A stretch of DNA of 64,000 nt, taken from contig CBDFGR010000002.1 of NCBI GenBank assembly GCA_965247115.1, forward strand, positions 1,728,001-1,792,000, written 5' to 3'. Each line of letters begins with the position of its first letter. The stretch's first letter is position 1. Shown here in pieces: positions 10,411 through 22,599 of the stretch. Made by a program: the position numbers and the translations under genes. The notes below the pieces were generated by a model that was given only the letters and a program-made list of their open reading frames with translations, was not told where the DNA came from and ran no database searches. The stretch comes from Myxococcota bacterium (lineage in GTDB: Bacteria; Myxococcota_A; UBA9160; SZUA-336).

Positions 10411-10446
10411 CCAATTCTTGACATAGTCTAGAGTTGGGCATGTAAT
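10411..10446 (+). promoter_or_regulatory. Sigma70 promoter of fur-katG overlapped by a palindromic operator
   Basis: TTGACA (10418-10423), N17, TGTAAT (10441-10446); dyad CCAATTCTTGAC-ata-GTCTAGAGTTGG (10/12) at 10411-10437. Confidence 0.75.
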
Positions 10447-10452
10447 GCGATC

Positions 10453-10902
10453 ATGTCCATGGAGCCGTCCGTCGACTCAGCCGGCCTGCTTCGCGACCAC
10501 GGTGTCCAGGTCACGGCCCAGCGCCTGGCCGTGCTGCGGGCGGTATCGGGTCGACCCCACGGTACGGCGGACGACGTCGCCGAGGTCGTCCGGTCCGAGA
10601 TCGGCGCCATCTCCCGCCAGGCGGTGTACGACGCCCTCTGGATGCTGGCCGACAAGGGCCTGATCCGGCGCATCCAGCCCGCCGGTTCACCGGCCCGTTT
10701 CGAGGACCGGGTCGGCGACAACCATCACCACTTGATCTGCCGCACCTGCGGGCGGATGGTCGACGTCGACTGCGCGGTCGGTGCCACCCCTTGCTTGACC
10801 GCCGCCGACGACTCGGATTACGAGATCGATGAGGCCGAGGTGGTCTACTGGGGCCGCTGTCCGGAGTGTCTCGCGGCATCTCCGGCTTCGGCCGGAGATT
10901 GA
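10453..10902 (+). CDS. furA: Fur family transcriptional regulator (FurA/PerR type)
   Basis: [57 protein letters not shown]; directly upstream of katG. Confidence 0.9.
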   Translation: MSMEPSVDSAGLLRDHGVQVTAQRLAVLRAVSGRPHGTADDVAEVVRSEIGAISRQAVYDALWMLADKGLIRRIQPAGSPARFEDRVGDNHHHLICRTCGRMVDVDCAVGATPCLTAADDSDYEIDEAEVVYWGRCPECLAASPASAGD

Positions 10903-13480
<2,578 letters not shown>

Positions 13481-13504
13481 CAGCCTGGCCCGCAGCCTCG
13501 GTAT

Positions 13505-14422
13505 TCACGCACGCAATGGATCGTGGATGTCGGGCTCTATGTAGATGACGCGTGCGGAGGTCTGGGCGCGAAGCTGGACCTCGATCTCGTCGATGGCCTG
13601 AGCCATCTGGTCCGCGAGGAGAGACGAGTCGAACTCCACCTTCGCGCCGACCAGGAGCTCATCTGGTCCCAGGTGCTGGGTACGCATGTGGAGCACCTGG
13701 CGGACGAGGGGGTGCGACTCGATGCTGCTGCGGATGCTCTGCTCGCCGCCGCGCGTGGCGGACTCGCCGATCAGCAGGCTCTTCATCTCCGCTCCCATCA
13801 GGGCGGCGATCGTGCCGAGGAGCAGGCCGATCGCCAGGCTCCCCACGCCGTCCCAACGGGCATCGCCCGTCCAGATGGCGAGTCCCACACAGAGAAGCGC
13901 CAGCAGTATGCCGGTGACCGCCCCGAAGTCCTCGAGCAGCATCACGGGGATCTCCGGGCTCTTCGAGCGCCGGATGAACGCGAGCCACGACTCGCCCTCG
14001 CGCAGGGCATTCGCCTCCCGCACCGCGGTCCGTAGGGCGAGCGCCTCGACCGTGAGGGCGAAGAGCAGCACGCCGATCGCCCAGGCGGGAGACTGCAGCG
14101 GCTCGGGGTGCTGGAACCTCTCCCAGCCCTTGATGAGGGCGTAGACCGAGCCGAGCGTAAACAGCACCACGGCGACGATGAAGGCCCAGAAGTAGCGCTC
14201 CCTGCCGTAGCCGAACGCGTGCTCGCGACTCGCCTCGCGCCGCGCCCGGTAGCCGCCGAGGATCAAGAGCAGCTGGTTCCCGCAGTCGGCGACGGAGTGC
14301 ACGGCCTCTGCCAGAAGCGAGCTCGCTCCCGTGAAGGCGTAGCCGATGAACTTGGCGGTCGCGACGCAGAGGTTTGCCAGCAGCCCGGCGACGATCACCC
14401 TCCAGCTTCCGTCGACGGCCAC
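13505..14422 (-). CDS. Cation diffusion facilitator family transporter
   Basis: AEAVHSVAD, FGYGRERYFW, LLEDFGA, IYIEPD. Confidence 0.9.
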   Translation of the reverse strand: MAVDGSWRVIVAGLLANLCVATAKFIGYAFTGASSLLAEAVHSVADCGNQLLLILGGYRARREASREHAFGYGRERYFWAFIVAVVLFTLGSVYALIKGWERFQHPEPLQSPAWAIGVLLFALTVEALALRTAVREANALREGESWLAFIRRSKSPEIPVMLLEDFGAVTGILLALLCVGLAIWTGDARWDGVGSLAIGLLLGTIAALMGAEMKSLLIGESATRGGEQSIRSSIESHPLVRQVLHMRTQHLGPDELLVGAKVEFDSSLLADQMAQAIDEIEVQLRAQTSARVIYIEPDIHDPLRA

Positions 14423-14512
14423 TCCGCTCCTCCGAGCTGCGAGTATGGGGCAGCGGCTGGCGGATCGAAAGTACGCCTTTCCCGTCGGGCGCTTTTTCGG
14501 TCTACTCTTCGC

Positions 14513-14938
14513 ATGAACAGCGTCGAACGTTTCCAGGCAGGGACAAAGGGTCTTTTTCCAGAGCTACTCGGGCTCGAGTTCGTGCAAGCCGACGAGGAGT
14601 GCATCCGTGCGGAGCTCACGGTGCGGCCCGAGCTGTGCACGGTGCCCGGCGTTCTCCACGGCGGGGTGATCATGGCGTTTGCGGACACGCTCGGTGCGTG
14701 CGGCACCGGACTCAACCTGCCCGCTGGAGCGGGCACCACGACCATCGAGTCAAAGACGAATTTCTTCGCTCCGGGCCGCTTGGGCGAGAAGCTCGTGGCC
14801 GAGTGCGTCCCGCTTCACCGAGGGCGGCGGACGATGGTCTGGCAGACGCGCATCACTCGCTCGGACGGGCGCACGATCGCTCATGTCACTCAGACACAGA
14901 TCGTCTTGATCTCCGAATCGCCCGCGACGCCCCGATGA
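14513..14938 (+). CDS. PaaI family thioesterase
   Basis: LHGGVIMAFADTLG, TTIESKTNF, HRGRRTMVWQ; start set at ATG 14513. Confidence 0.88.
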   Translation: MNSVERFQAGTKGLFPELLGLEFVQADEECIRAELTVRPELCTVPGVLHGGVIMAFADTLGACGTGLNLPAGAGTTTIESKTNFFAPGRLGEKLVAECVPLHRGRRTMVWQTRITRSDGRTIAHVTQTQIVLISESPATPR

Positions 14939-15177
14939 TGTCGTTCACGGACGCAGTCGGGTCGCTCGGCGTGGCGCTCTTGCTGATCGCGTTCTTCCTG
15001 AATCTACGCGGCCGCTTGCCGCACGACGCCCGCAGCTACCAGCTCATGAACGCAGCAGGCGCTGGCCTGGCCTGCTGGGCCTCCTACCGTCTCGAGTTCT
15101 TCCCGTTCGTGGTACTCGAGGCCACCTGGTGCCTGGTCGCCATCGCAGCCCTGGTGCACCGCCCCCGCCCCGTCTGA
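14935..15177 (+). CDS. Small membrane protein (CBU_0592-like)
   Basis: Three hydrophobic helices, YQLMN..GA, PFVVLE..W; ATGA overlap with the previous gene. Confidence 0.75.
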   Translation: MMSFTDAVGSLGVALLLIAFFLNLRGRLPHDARSYQLMNAAGAGLACWASYRLEFFPFVVLEATWCLVAIAALVHRPRPV

Positions 15178-15193
15178 AAAGCCCAGCACGCAG

Positions 15194-15472
15194 CTAGTCG
15201 CGGTAGCCTCCGCGGCCACCACCTCCGCCGCGCTCGCGAGCCTCGTCGATGCGAAGGCTGCGGCCGCCGAGGTCCTGGCCGTTCAGGGCGCTGATTGCGG
15301 CGTCCGCGCCGCTCTGGTCCATCTCCACGAAGGCAAAGCCGCGCGAGCGGCCCGTGTCGCGGTCGATAATCAGGTTTATCGACTCCACGTTGCCATGCTT
15401 GCTGAAGAGCTCGCGAAGCTCATCCTCGGTGGTGGAGTAGGAAAGGTTCCCTACGTAGATCCTCTTGGCCAA
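15194..15472 (-). CDS. RNA-binding protein (RRM)
   Basis: RNP2 IYVGNL, RNP1 RGFAFVEM, Gly/Arg tail; TTG start with AGGAGG upstream. Confidence 0.95.
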   Translation of the reverse strand: MAKRIYVGNLSYSTTEDELRELFSKHGNVESINLIIDRDTGRSRGFAFVEMDQSGADAAISALNGQDLGGRSLRIDEARERGGGGGRGGYRD

Positions 15473-15591
15473 AATGTCCTTCCTCCTAGCTAGGCGAGCT
15501 CGATCTGCTGATCAGGCTACCACATTCGCAGGCGTGGGGATCAAGGCGGCCCGGAGTCGCTACACTCCGACGCAGCGAAGGAGATGAGCGC

Positions 15592-16365
15592 ATGGCCGAG
15601 GCTTCGAACGGCACCCGAAACATCGCGGTATTCATCGATCTGGAGAACGTTGCCATCGGCGTGCGGGATGCCAACTACAAGCCTTTCGACATCGGGCTGG
15701 TCATTAAGCGCCTGGTCGACAAGGGGAACATCGTGGTGCGCAAGGCCTACGCGGATTGGAGTCGCTACAGCGATTACCGCCGCTCGCTTCACGAGGCTGG
15801 TGTTGAGCTCCTGGAGATGCCAGGAAGCAAGCTCACGGGCAAGAACAGTGCTGACATCAAGATGGTGGTCGACGCGCTCGAGCTCTCCTACACCAAGCCG
15901 CACATCGACGTCTTCGCGCTCGTGAGCGGCGACTCGGACTTTTCGCCGCTCGTCGCGAAGCTGCGCGAGAACAACAAGCACACGATCGGGATCGGGGTGA
16001 AGAACTCGACGAGCCCGCTCCTCATCGACACCTGCGATGAGTTCGTCTACTACGACGACCTGGTGCGCAAGCCGCGGCGGCGCAAGCAGACCCGGCTCTC
16101 GCGCCTGCCAAAAAAGACGCGCGAGGGCTTTGGCCTGCTCCTCGATACGCTGGACGCTCTGCAGCGGGAGAACAAGCAGCTGCATAGCTCGCTCGTGAAA
16201 GAGACCATGAAGCGCAAGCAGCCCCAGTTCAACGAGGAGTACCACGGCTATCGCTCGTTCAGCCGGCTCCTCGAGGACGCTGAGGAGCACAAGCTGATCA
16301 GTCTGAGCAGGGACGCGCGCAGCGGAACCTACGTGATCACGGAGGTGCACGAAGAGGAGGTCTAA
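15592..16365 (+). CDS. NYN (LabA/DUF88) domain protein with C-terminal OST-HTH/LOTUS domain
   Basis: IDLEN, KAYADW, KNSADI, LVSGDSDF, CDEFVYYDDL; P.FNE..HGYRSFSRLLE. Confidence 0.9.
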   Translation: MAEASNGTRNIAVFIDLENVAIGVRDANYKPFDIGLVIKRLVDKGNIVVRKAYADWSRYSDYRRSLHEAGVELLEMPGSKLTGKNSADIKMVVDALELSYTKPHIDVFALVSGDSDFSPLVAKLRENNKHTIGIGVKNSTSPLLIDTCDEFVYYDDLVRKPRRRKQTRLSRLPKKTREGFGLLLDTLDALQRENKQLHSSLVKETMKRKQPQFNEEYHGYRSFSRLLEDAEEHKLISLSRDARSGTYVITEVHEEEV

Positions 16366-16398
16366 GGACCGCTGTAGGGGGCCCGGCCGGTCGCGCAG

Positions 16399-17238
16399 CT
16401 AGCGCAGCTCCGTCCCCACGTCGAGCGGGTCGAACTCGGGCTTCGGGAGCTCGAGTGTCGGCTTCGCGATCGGACGGGTGAGATCAAACGGGGGCAGCTC
16501 CAGCCCCGCGTTCATGCTCTCTACGACGAGGCGGGTCTGGGTCTGATCCCGCATGTCGATCATCAGCAGGTTGTGCGCGACCCACACTCCCTCGAGCTGC
16601 CGTACCTCAGCGGGATCGGCGATCAGCACCTTGCGCGGCCGCCTGCTGTTCTCGTACAGCTCCGTGCGCAGTGCGACGCAGGTCTCCTTATCGATATAGG
16701 CCAGAATGCGCTCGTAGCCGGAGTCGACAGGGTGCGACTCCAGGACGAAAGCGGGTCGCTCCTCCGCGCTCCCGTCCTCCAGGCGATTCAACCCCTGCGC
16801 CTCCGCGTCCCAGTTCAGCCCCTGCAGGCGCTCGAAGTCCTCGTAGCTGAAGTCGGTCCCGAACAGGTTGCCGGAGGCATCGCCGCCGGTGATGCTCCTG
16901 GGGGCCTCGAACTCGGGCGAGTAGACGCTCATATCGATCCCGTCTGCCGCCTCCACCACCAGGAAGCTCGTGCCGGCAACGTCTTCGGGCGCCGTGATCT
17001 GGGCGAGGACCCTGCGATAGCCGTCAGAGGTCTTGCGGCTGGCGATGCTCACGTTGGTGCTCCGCTCTTCGCCGAGTCGGTCCCGAGTGGAGAGCATGAC
17101 GGACTGCAAGGTCGTGACCTCCGGCAGGTTATTGCGCCGGATGCACGCCTTGATCTCCTCGGTCGTCGCGAGCTCCGGGGCCGCGAATACAGGAGGGGCG
17201 GCCAGGATCCCCGCGAGAGCAAGCACTGTGAGCTTCAT
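16399..17238 (-). CDS. Outer membrane lipoprotein-sorting protein-like (LolA-like) exported protein
   Basis: Signal peptide MKLTVLALAG..., P.DV.GTSFL, LFGTDFSYEDF; start set at ATG 17238. Confidence 0.8.
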   Translation of the reverse strand: MKLTVLALAGILAAPPVFAAPELATTEEIKACIRRNNLPEVTTLQSVMLSTRDRLGEERSTNVSIASRKTSDGYRRVLAQITAPEDVAGTSFLVVEAADGIDMSVYSPEFEAPRSITGGDASGNLFGTDFSYEDFERLQGLNWDAEAQGLNRLEDGSAEERPAFVLESHPVDSGYERILAYIDKETCVALRTELYENSRRPRKVLIADPAEVRQLEGVWVAHNLLMIDMRDQTQTRLVVESMNAGLELPPFDLTRPIAKPTLELPKPEFDPLDVGTELR

Positions 17239-17432
17239 CGCGCCCATCCTACCCGCGGCGGGCCGCTCCGTAAACTCGCGGCCCTCCCGCGGGGGCTGGT
17301 AAAAATACTTGACTTGACGACTTTCAGCGCCTTACGGTTGGGCTTAGGGAACCTGGGTGCTGTCTGAGGGAAATGTTGAGGGATGGCGGCGGCTTGCGAG
17401 CTGCGGCCCTCCCCCTACCGGAGGGATGAGCG

Positions 17433-20183
17433 ATGACTAGGATGGACTGGCTGAGGATCGCGCTGGCCCCGCTCGTAGCGGTTGTGTTGCTTGCGTACGC
17501 CCCCTCGACCCTGGCAGACGAGCCAGGCGAGGAGGCCATGCCCGAAGCGGCGGCAGCAGAGCCGGCGCAGGAGGATGAGCAGGACGAAGCCGTGGTGGCT
17601 CCCGGAGGCATCGAGGAGATCACGGTCACGGCTCGCAAGCGCGAGGAGTCCGTCCAGGACATCCCGATCGCGATCACCGCCTTCAGTGGCGACGATCTCG
17701 ACAACATCAACATCAACGACGTGATGGACCTCCAGTTCAACGTCCCCAACGTTAACTTCACCAAGACGAACTTCAGCGCATCGGGCTCACTGGCGATTCG
17801 CGGGATCGGCCGCTCGGTAACAGCGGCATCCGGGGATGCAGGGACAGGTACGCACGTGAACGGCATACCGATCACGGCCGCCCGCATCTTCGAGACCGAG
17901 TTCTACGACGCAGAGCGGGTGGAGGTGCTGCGCGGTCCCCAGGGGACACTGTACGGCCGCAACTCCTCCGCGGGCTCGCTCAACATGATCTCGAGGAAGC
18001 CCACGGACGAGTACAGTGGCTACCTGGAGGGGGAGTACGGGGAATACAACCACTACAAGCTCAAGGGTGCTGTGAACGTCCCTCTCGGCGAGCGACTCGC
18101 CTTGCGCGTGGCCGGGATGTATCTCGACCGGGATGGCTACACCAGGAACCAGCACACGGGCAGCTGGATCGACGATCGGGAGCTCTGGGGGCTGCGTGCC
18201 ACGCTTGCCGCGGATCTGGGGGAGAACACCGACGCGACGCTCACGATGTCGTGGTTCGACGAGGACGACAATCGCGCTCGCCTGCAGAAGCAGTCCTGCA
18301 AGCGAACGGGCGCGCCCTTTCCGGTCAACCTCGGCTGCTCCGCCACGGAGCTCGGCAGCGATGCGATCGACGGCACAGCGCTGCTGCCGTATCAGTTTGG
18401 GCTCCTGATGTCCTTCAACCCGACCACCGGTGGGTTTCAGCCCAACCCGGCTGGAGGCGGACCCGCTTGTCCCGAGTGTCTCCCCTACTTCTCGTCGGTT
18501 GGCGACGACGGCATCACCCCCCTGGATCCGTATGCGAACTCTGTCAATCCGAAAGATCCACGCCGGGTGAACACGCTATTCGACCCGGAGTACAAGTCCG
18601 ACGAGTACGTCGCGGGGCTCGAAGTCAACCACACGTGGCAAGACCTCACCTTCACCGGGGTGATCGGGTTCCACGATGCCCACGTGTGGAGCCAGCAGGA
18701 CTACCTCTTGGCTGTCCCCTCCGAGCCCTTTGGCTGGGGTCCGCAGTTCTTCGAGTTTCCTGGCAGCTCAAAGGATCGCTCGGGGCTCTACGACAGCGAG
18801 TTCTTGTTCGACCAATCCAACAGCCACGTGAGGCAGTGGACCTACGAGTTCCGCGTCGCTACCGACTTCGAGGGTCCGCTCAACTTCACCGGCGGGATGC
18901 TGTTCCTGGACTACGAATGGGACGGCGACTACTACGTGTGGGGCGCCGGCCTCGAGGCGTTCGACAGGTCGATACCGGTAGCACCAGGTTTCAGCCTCTT
19001 CGATCTGGAGCCTCACGGGAGCTACTTTCTCGCCGAGACGCATCCATACGAGCTCGACACACGAGCTGCCTTCGGCGAGCTCTACTATGATCTGACCCAG
19101 AGCACTCGTGTCACGCTCGGTGCTCGCCTGACCCACGATCGCAAGCAGGTGAGCCATCGGAGCGGAAATCTGATCGTCGGTGCGCTCTCGCCCTTCGAGC
19201 AGGACGCGCAGAGGTGGACCAGGTGGACCACCAAGATCAGTATCGACCAGCGCGTGGAGATACCGACCGGCGACGCCCTCCTCTACGCTACTTTCTCGAG
19301 CGGTTACAAGGCCGGCGGCTTCAACAACCCGGTGCAGGAGGGGATCGAGCGCCAGTTCAAGCCGATATTCGACCCCGAGCTGATCGACTCCTTCGAGGTG
19401 GGCGTGAAGAGCAGCCTGCTCGACAACCGCGTGATCATAAACCTGTCCGGGTTCTTCTATGACTACGAGGACTTCCAGGTCTCCAAGATCGTCTCTCGGA
19501 CCTCGATCAACGAGAACATCGATGCCGAGATCTGGGGGGCCGAGCTCGAGACGGTGTTCCAGCCGTTCCCTGGCCTGCGCCTGGAGGCTGGCGCCTCGTA
19601 CCTCGATACCGATATCCAGGACGCTCTCTCCATTGATACCAGAGACCCCTCTGCCGGCGTTCCGGGAACACTCGCAGTCAAGGACTTCGTGAACGGTTTC
19701 GGGACGGCAGCCAACTCGGTCATCACCGACGTGACCAAGCTGGGGGATTGCGTGCTCGGGGACCCTGTGGCAAGTGCTGCAGCGGGCTGCGTCCTGGTTC
19801 CTGGCTTCGATAAGGACCTCTCGGGCAACGAGCTTCCGTATGCACCAGAGTGGAGCCTGAAGCTTGCCGCGCAGTACACCATGCCGTTCCTGAACACGGG
19901 CTACGAGCTGACCTTCCGCGTCGACCACTACTGGCAGGACGACATGTACAGCCGGATCTTCAACGACGGGCCCGACAAGATCAGCTCCTGGTCGCAGACC
20001 GATGCGCAGATCCGCCTGAGCAGTCCAGGCCAGCCGTGGATGCTCGAGTTCTGGGTGAAGAACATCCAGGACAACGACGACATCACCGGGCACTATTTTA
20101 CCGACGAAACGTCCGCCAACTTCACGAACCTGTTCATTCTGGAGCCGCGCATCACAGGCGTTACGCTGCGTCGCGAGTTCTAG
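17433..20183 (+). CDS. TonB-dependent receptor
   Basis: Signal peptide, IEEITVTARKREES, VEVLRGPQGTLYGRN plug motif, YKAGGFN, C-terminal Phe. Confidence 0.96.
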   Translation: MTRMDWLRIALAPLVAVVLLAYAPSTLADEPGEEAMPEAAAAEPAQEDEQDEAVVAPGGIEEITVTARKREESVQDIPIAITAFSGDDLDNININDVMDLQFNVPNVNFTKTNFSASGSLAIRGIGRSVTAASGDAGTGTHVNGIPITAARIFETEFYDAERVEVLRGPQGTLYGRNSSAGSLNMISRKPTDEYSGYLEGEYGEYNHYKLKGAVNVPLGERLALRVAGMYLDRDGYTRNQHTGSWIDDRELWGLRATLAADLGENTDATLTMSWFDEDDNRARLQKQSCKRTGAPFPVNLGCSATELGSDAIDGTALLPYQFGLLMSFNPTTGGFQPNPAGGGPACPECLPYFSSVGDDGITPLDPYANSVNPKDPRRVNTLFDPEYKSDEYVAGLEVNHTWQDLTFTGVIGFHDAHVWSQQDYLLAVPSEPFGWGPQFFEFPGSSKDRSGLYDSEFLFDQSNSHVRQWTYEFRVATDFEGPLNFTGGMLFLDYEWDGDYYVWGAGLEAFDRSIPVAPGFSLFDLEPHGSYFLAETHPYELDTRAAFGELYYDLTQSTRVTLGARLTHDRKQVSHRSGNLIVGALSPFEQDAQRWTRWTTKISIDQRVEIPTGDALLYATFSSGYKAGGFNNPVQEGIERQFKPIFDPELIDSFEVGVKSSLLDNRVIINLSGFFYDYEDFQVSKIVSRTSINENIDAEIWGAELETVFQPFPGLRLEAGASYLDTDIQDALSIDTRDPSAGVPGTLAVKDFVNGFGTAANSVITDVTKLGDCVLGDPVASAAAGCVLVPGFDKDLSGNELPYAPEWSLKLAAQYTMPFLNTGYELTFRVDHYWQDDMYSRIFNDGPDKISSWSQTDAQIRLSSPGQPWMLEFWVKNIQDNDDITGHYFTDETSANFTNLFILEPRITGVTLRREF

Positions 20184-20203
20184 AGTCCTTATGGACGATC
20201 CCG

Positions 20204-20233
20204 CACGGCCGGTCGCTGGCGCGGCCGGCCGTG
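20204..20233. terminator. GC-rich hairpin between convergent genes (possible terminator)
   Basis: cacggccggtcgc-tggc-gcggccggccgtg, 13-bp stem with one G-U pair; no U tract. Confidence 0.45.
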
Positions 20234-20258
20234 TTGCACCAGCTCCAGGTTGGCGGCC

Positions 20259-20699
20259 TCACTGGAGGCACATGCGGGCCGTGTGGGCGCACTCGGAGTC
20301 GTTGTTCAGGCCCGTGGCAGTGCGAGCCTCAGCCCTGAGGTCCGTGACCCTACCGGAAACCAGCTCGATCGTGAGCCGACAGAAGCCCGCAGGTAGAGCC
20401 GCGTCGAGCGGGTCGTTCAGGAACTCGCGGATCTTGCGATCCGTGCTCGTCCCCGCGCCCACTCTGCGCTCGCTGAGCCACGCCGGGTTCGGGAGGGGAT
20501 AGGCATAGACCCAGAGCGCCTTCTGCTCGTCGGGATAGTCGAAATCGCTAGGCGGCCCCAAGCAGTTCAGCACCTGGCGGTCGTTCAGCTGGAGAAACTC
20601 CTGCCGGATGTAGGCGGCCCGCTGCCCATATGAGCTCGTGCCGCAGGCCAGGGCCGCGAGGAGCAAGCCGCAGCACGCGCGGCGGAAGTTCGTCCTCAA
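20259..20699 (-). CDS. Hypothetical lipoprotein
   Basis: Lipobox-like LALAC/G after a hydrophobic stretch; LGPP motif; several Cys. Confidence 0.65.
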   Translation of the reverse strand: MRTNFRRACCGLLLAALACGTSSYGQRAAYIRQEFLQLNDRQVLNCLGPPSDFDYPDEQKALWVYAYPLPNPAWLSERRVGAGTSTDRKIREFLNDPLDAALPAGFCRLTIELVSGRVTDLRAEARTATGLNNDSECAHTARMCLQ

Positions 20700-20845
20700 G
20701 CCAGCCTCCGGGTGCGAGATCCCTGCGCTCCCTCGGCTCAGTGTAGGACGCTTTCGTTCAGGAGTCGCGCCGCTCTTCCAGTGTCTCTCCCTGCGGGGCC
20801 GAATCCGTGCCCGGGCTCCTGCATGCCGCGAGTATACTGCGCGCC

Positions 20846-21484
20846 ATGCGCTCCCTAGTCATTGGTGTCGCGGGCGGGACCGGGGCCGGCAAGACGACGC
20901 TCGTGCGCGCCCTGGTGAGGGAGCTCGGGGCGGACCAGGTGCTCGTGATCCAGCACGACTCGTACTACGCAGATCAGAGTCACCTCGAGCCGGCCGAGCG
21001 GAGCAAGCTGAACTACGACCATCCGGACGCGCTGGAGACCGAGCTGCTCGGCAGCCACCTGCGGGCCCTCGTCGACGGGCTCTCGGTGGAGATCCCGGAA
21101 TACGACTTCGCGACGCACGAGCGCCTGCCCGGGCGGCGACGACGGACGCCACGGAGCGTGATCCTCGTCGACGGTATCCTGTGCCTGGCGGATGCGGTCC
21201 TGCGCGAGCTGATGGACCTGCGGGTCTTCGTCGAGGCTCCAGACGACATCCGTCTCATCCGCCGTTTGCGTCGCGACCTCGAAGAGCGCGGGCGTACGCC
21301 CGCGTCCGTGATCGACCAATACTTGGAGAGCGTGCGCCGCATGCACCTCGAGTTCGTGGAGCCGAGCAAGCGACACGCAGACATGATCGTGCACGAGGGC
21401 GGCGAGAACCGCGCCGCGATCGAGGCGATCGCGTGGCGCATCCGTGAGCTACGCAGCGCGGCTGCGGCAGGGGGGGCAACGTGA
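20846..21484 (+). CDS. udk: Uridine kinase
   Basis: GVAGGTGAGKTT, HDSYY, NYDHPDA, PEYDF..H, RRLRRD..ERGR, FVEPSKRHAD. Confidence 0.93.
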   Translation: MRSLVIGVAGGTGAGKTTLVRALVRELGADQVLVIQHDSYYADQSHLEPAERSKLNYDHPDALETELLGSHLRALVDGLSVEIPEYDFATHERLPGRRRRTPRSVILVDGILCLADAVLRELMDLRVFVEAPDDIRLIRRLRRDLEERGRTPASVIDQYLESVRRMHLEFVEPSKRHADMIVHEGGENRAAIEAIAWRIRELRSAAAAGGAT

Positions 21485-22599
21485 AGCGAAGGGAGTTCTT
21501 GAGATCCGCAACGACCGGTCTGATCGGCGCCGCCGCGCTCGGGGCTTGTGCCGACGAGGCTGCAGAGGGTGTCGGACCGGCCGTGCAGCCCAAGGAGCGA
21601 GTCTCGTGGAGGCTGGTCTCGAGCTTTCCACGCGGGCTCGACACGATCTATGGCGCCGCCGAAGTTCTGGCCGAGCGCACGCTCCAGATGTCGGATGGAC
21701 GCTTTCGGATCCGCGCGTATCCCGCCGGTGAGATCGTTCCGGGGCTTCAGGTGCTCGACGCCGTTCAGCAGGGAACGGTGCAGGTCGGCCAGACCGCGAG
21801 CTACTACTACACGGGGAAGAACCAGGCCTTCGCATTCGACACTGCGGTTCCCTTCGGCCTGTCCTCGCGCCAGCAGGCGGCGTGGCTGCTCGAGGGAGGA
21901 GGTGCGGAGCTCCTGGAGCCGCTCTTCTCCGAGTTCAACCTGGTCCGCTTCTACGGCGGCAGCACGGGTGCGCAGATGGGGGGCTGGTTCAACCGCGAGC
22001 TCAAGTCGGTTGCCGATATCCAGGGGCTCAGGATGCGGATTCCGGGACCGGGCGGGGAGGTCATGAGTCGGCTCGGTGCCACGGTGCAGGTCCTGGCCGG
22101 CGGCGACATCTACCTCGCGCTCGAGCGCGGCGCCATCGATGCTACGGAGTGGGTCGGTCCGTATGACGACGAGAAGCTCGGCTTTCACAAGGCGGCGAAG
22201 TACTACTACTACCCGGGCTGGTGGGAGCCTGGACCGTCGCTTTCCTTCTACGTGAACAAGCAGGCGTGGGAGGGTCTGTCGACGGAGTTTCAGAGCATCT
22301 TCCGCAGCGCATGTCACGACGCGGGGACCGTCATGCAGGCGCGCTATGACGCCAGGAACCCGCCCGCAATGACCCGTCTCATGGCGAGTGGCGTGCAGTG
22401 GCGACCCTTTACGGACGACGTCATGAGGGCGGCGCGACGCGTGTCGATCGCCGTCCTCGAGGAGAACGCGGCGGCGGACCCCGCCTATCGCGTTATCTAC
22501 GAGGCGTGGAAGAAGTTCCGGGACGAATCTTTCGCCTGGTTCGCCACCGCCGAGCTTGCCTACGCGGCTTTCTCGTTCACCCGGCCCGGTTCTAGCTGA
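21481..22599 (+). CDS. TRAP transporter substrate-binding protein (DctP/TakP-like)
   Basis: Tat-type KRREFL leader, GAQMGGWF, GLRMRIPG, ALERGAIDATEWVGPYDD, YYYPGWWEPG. Confidence 0.93.
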   Translation: MKRREFLRSATTGLIGAAALGACADEAAEGVGPAVQPKERVSWRLVSSFPRGLDTIYGAAEVLAERTLQMSDGRFRIRAYPAGEIVPGLQVLDAVQQGTVQVGQTASYYYTGKNQAFAFDTAVPFGLSSRQQAAWLLEGGGAELLEPLFSEFNLVRFYGGSTGAQMGGWFNRELKSVADIQGLRMRIPGPGGEVMSRLGATVQVLAGGDIYLALERGAIDATEWVGPYDDEKLGFHKAAKYYYYPGWWEPGPSLSFYVNKQAWEGLSTEFQSIFRSACHDAGTVMQARYDARNPPAMTRLMASGVQWRPFTDDVMRAARRVSIAVLEENAAADPAYRVIYEAWKKFRDESFAWFATAELAYAAFSFTRPGSS

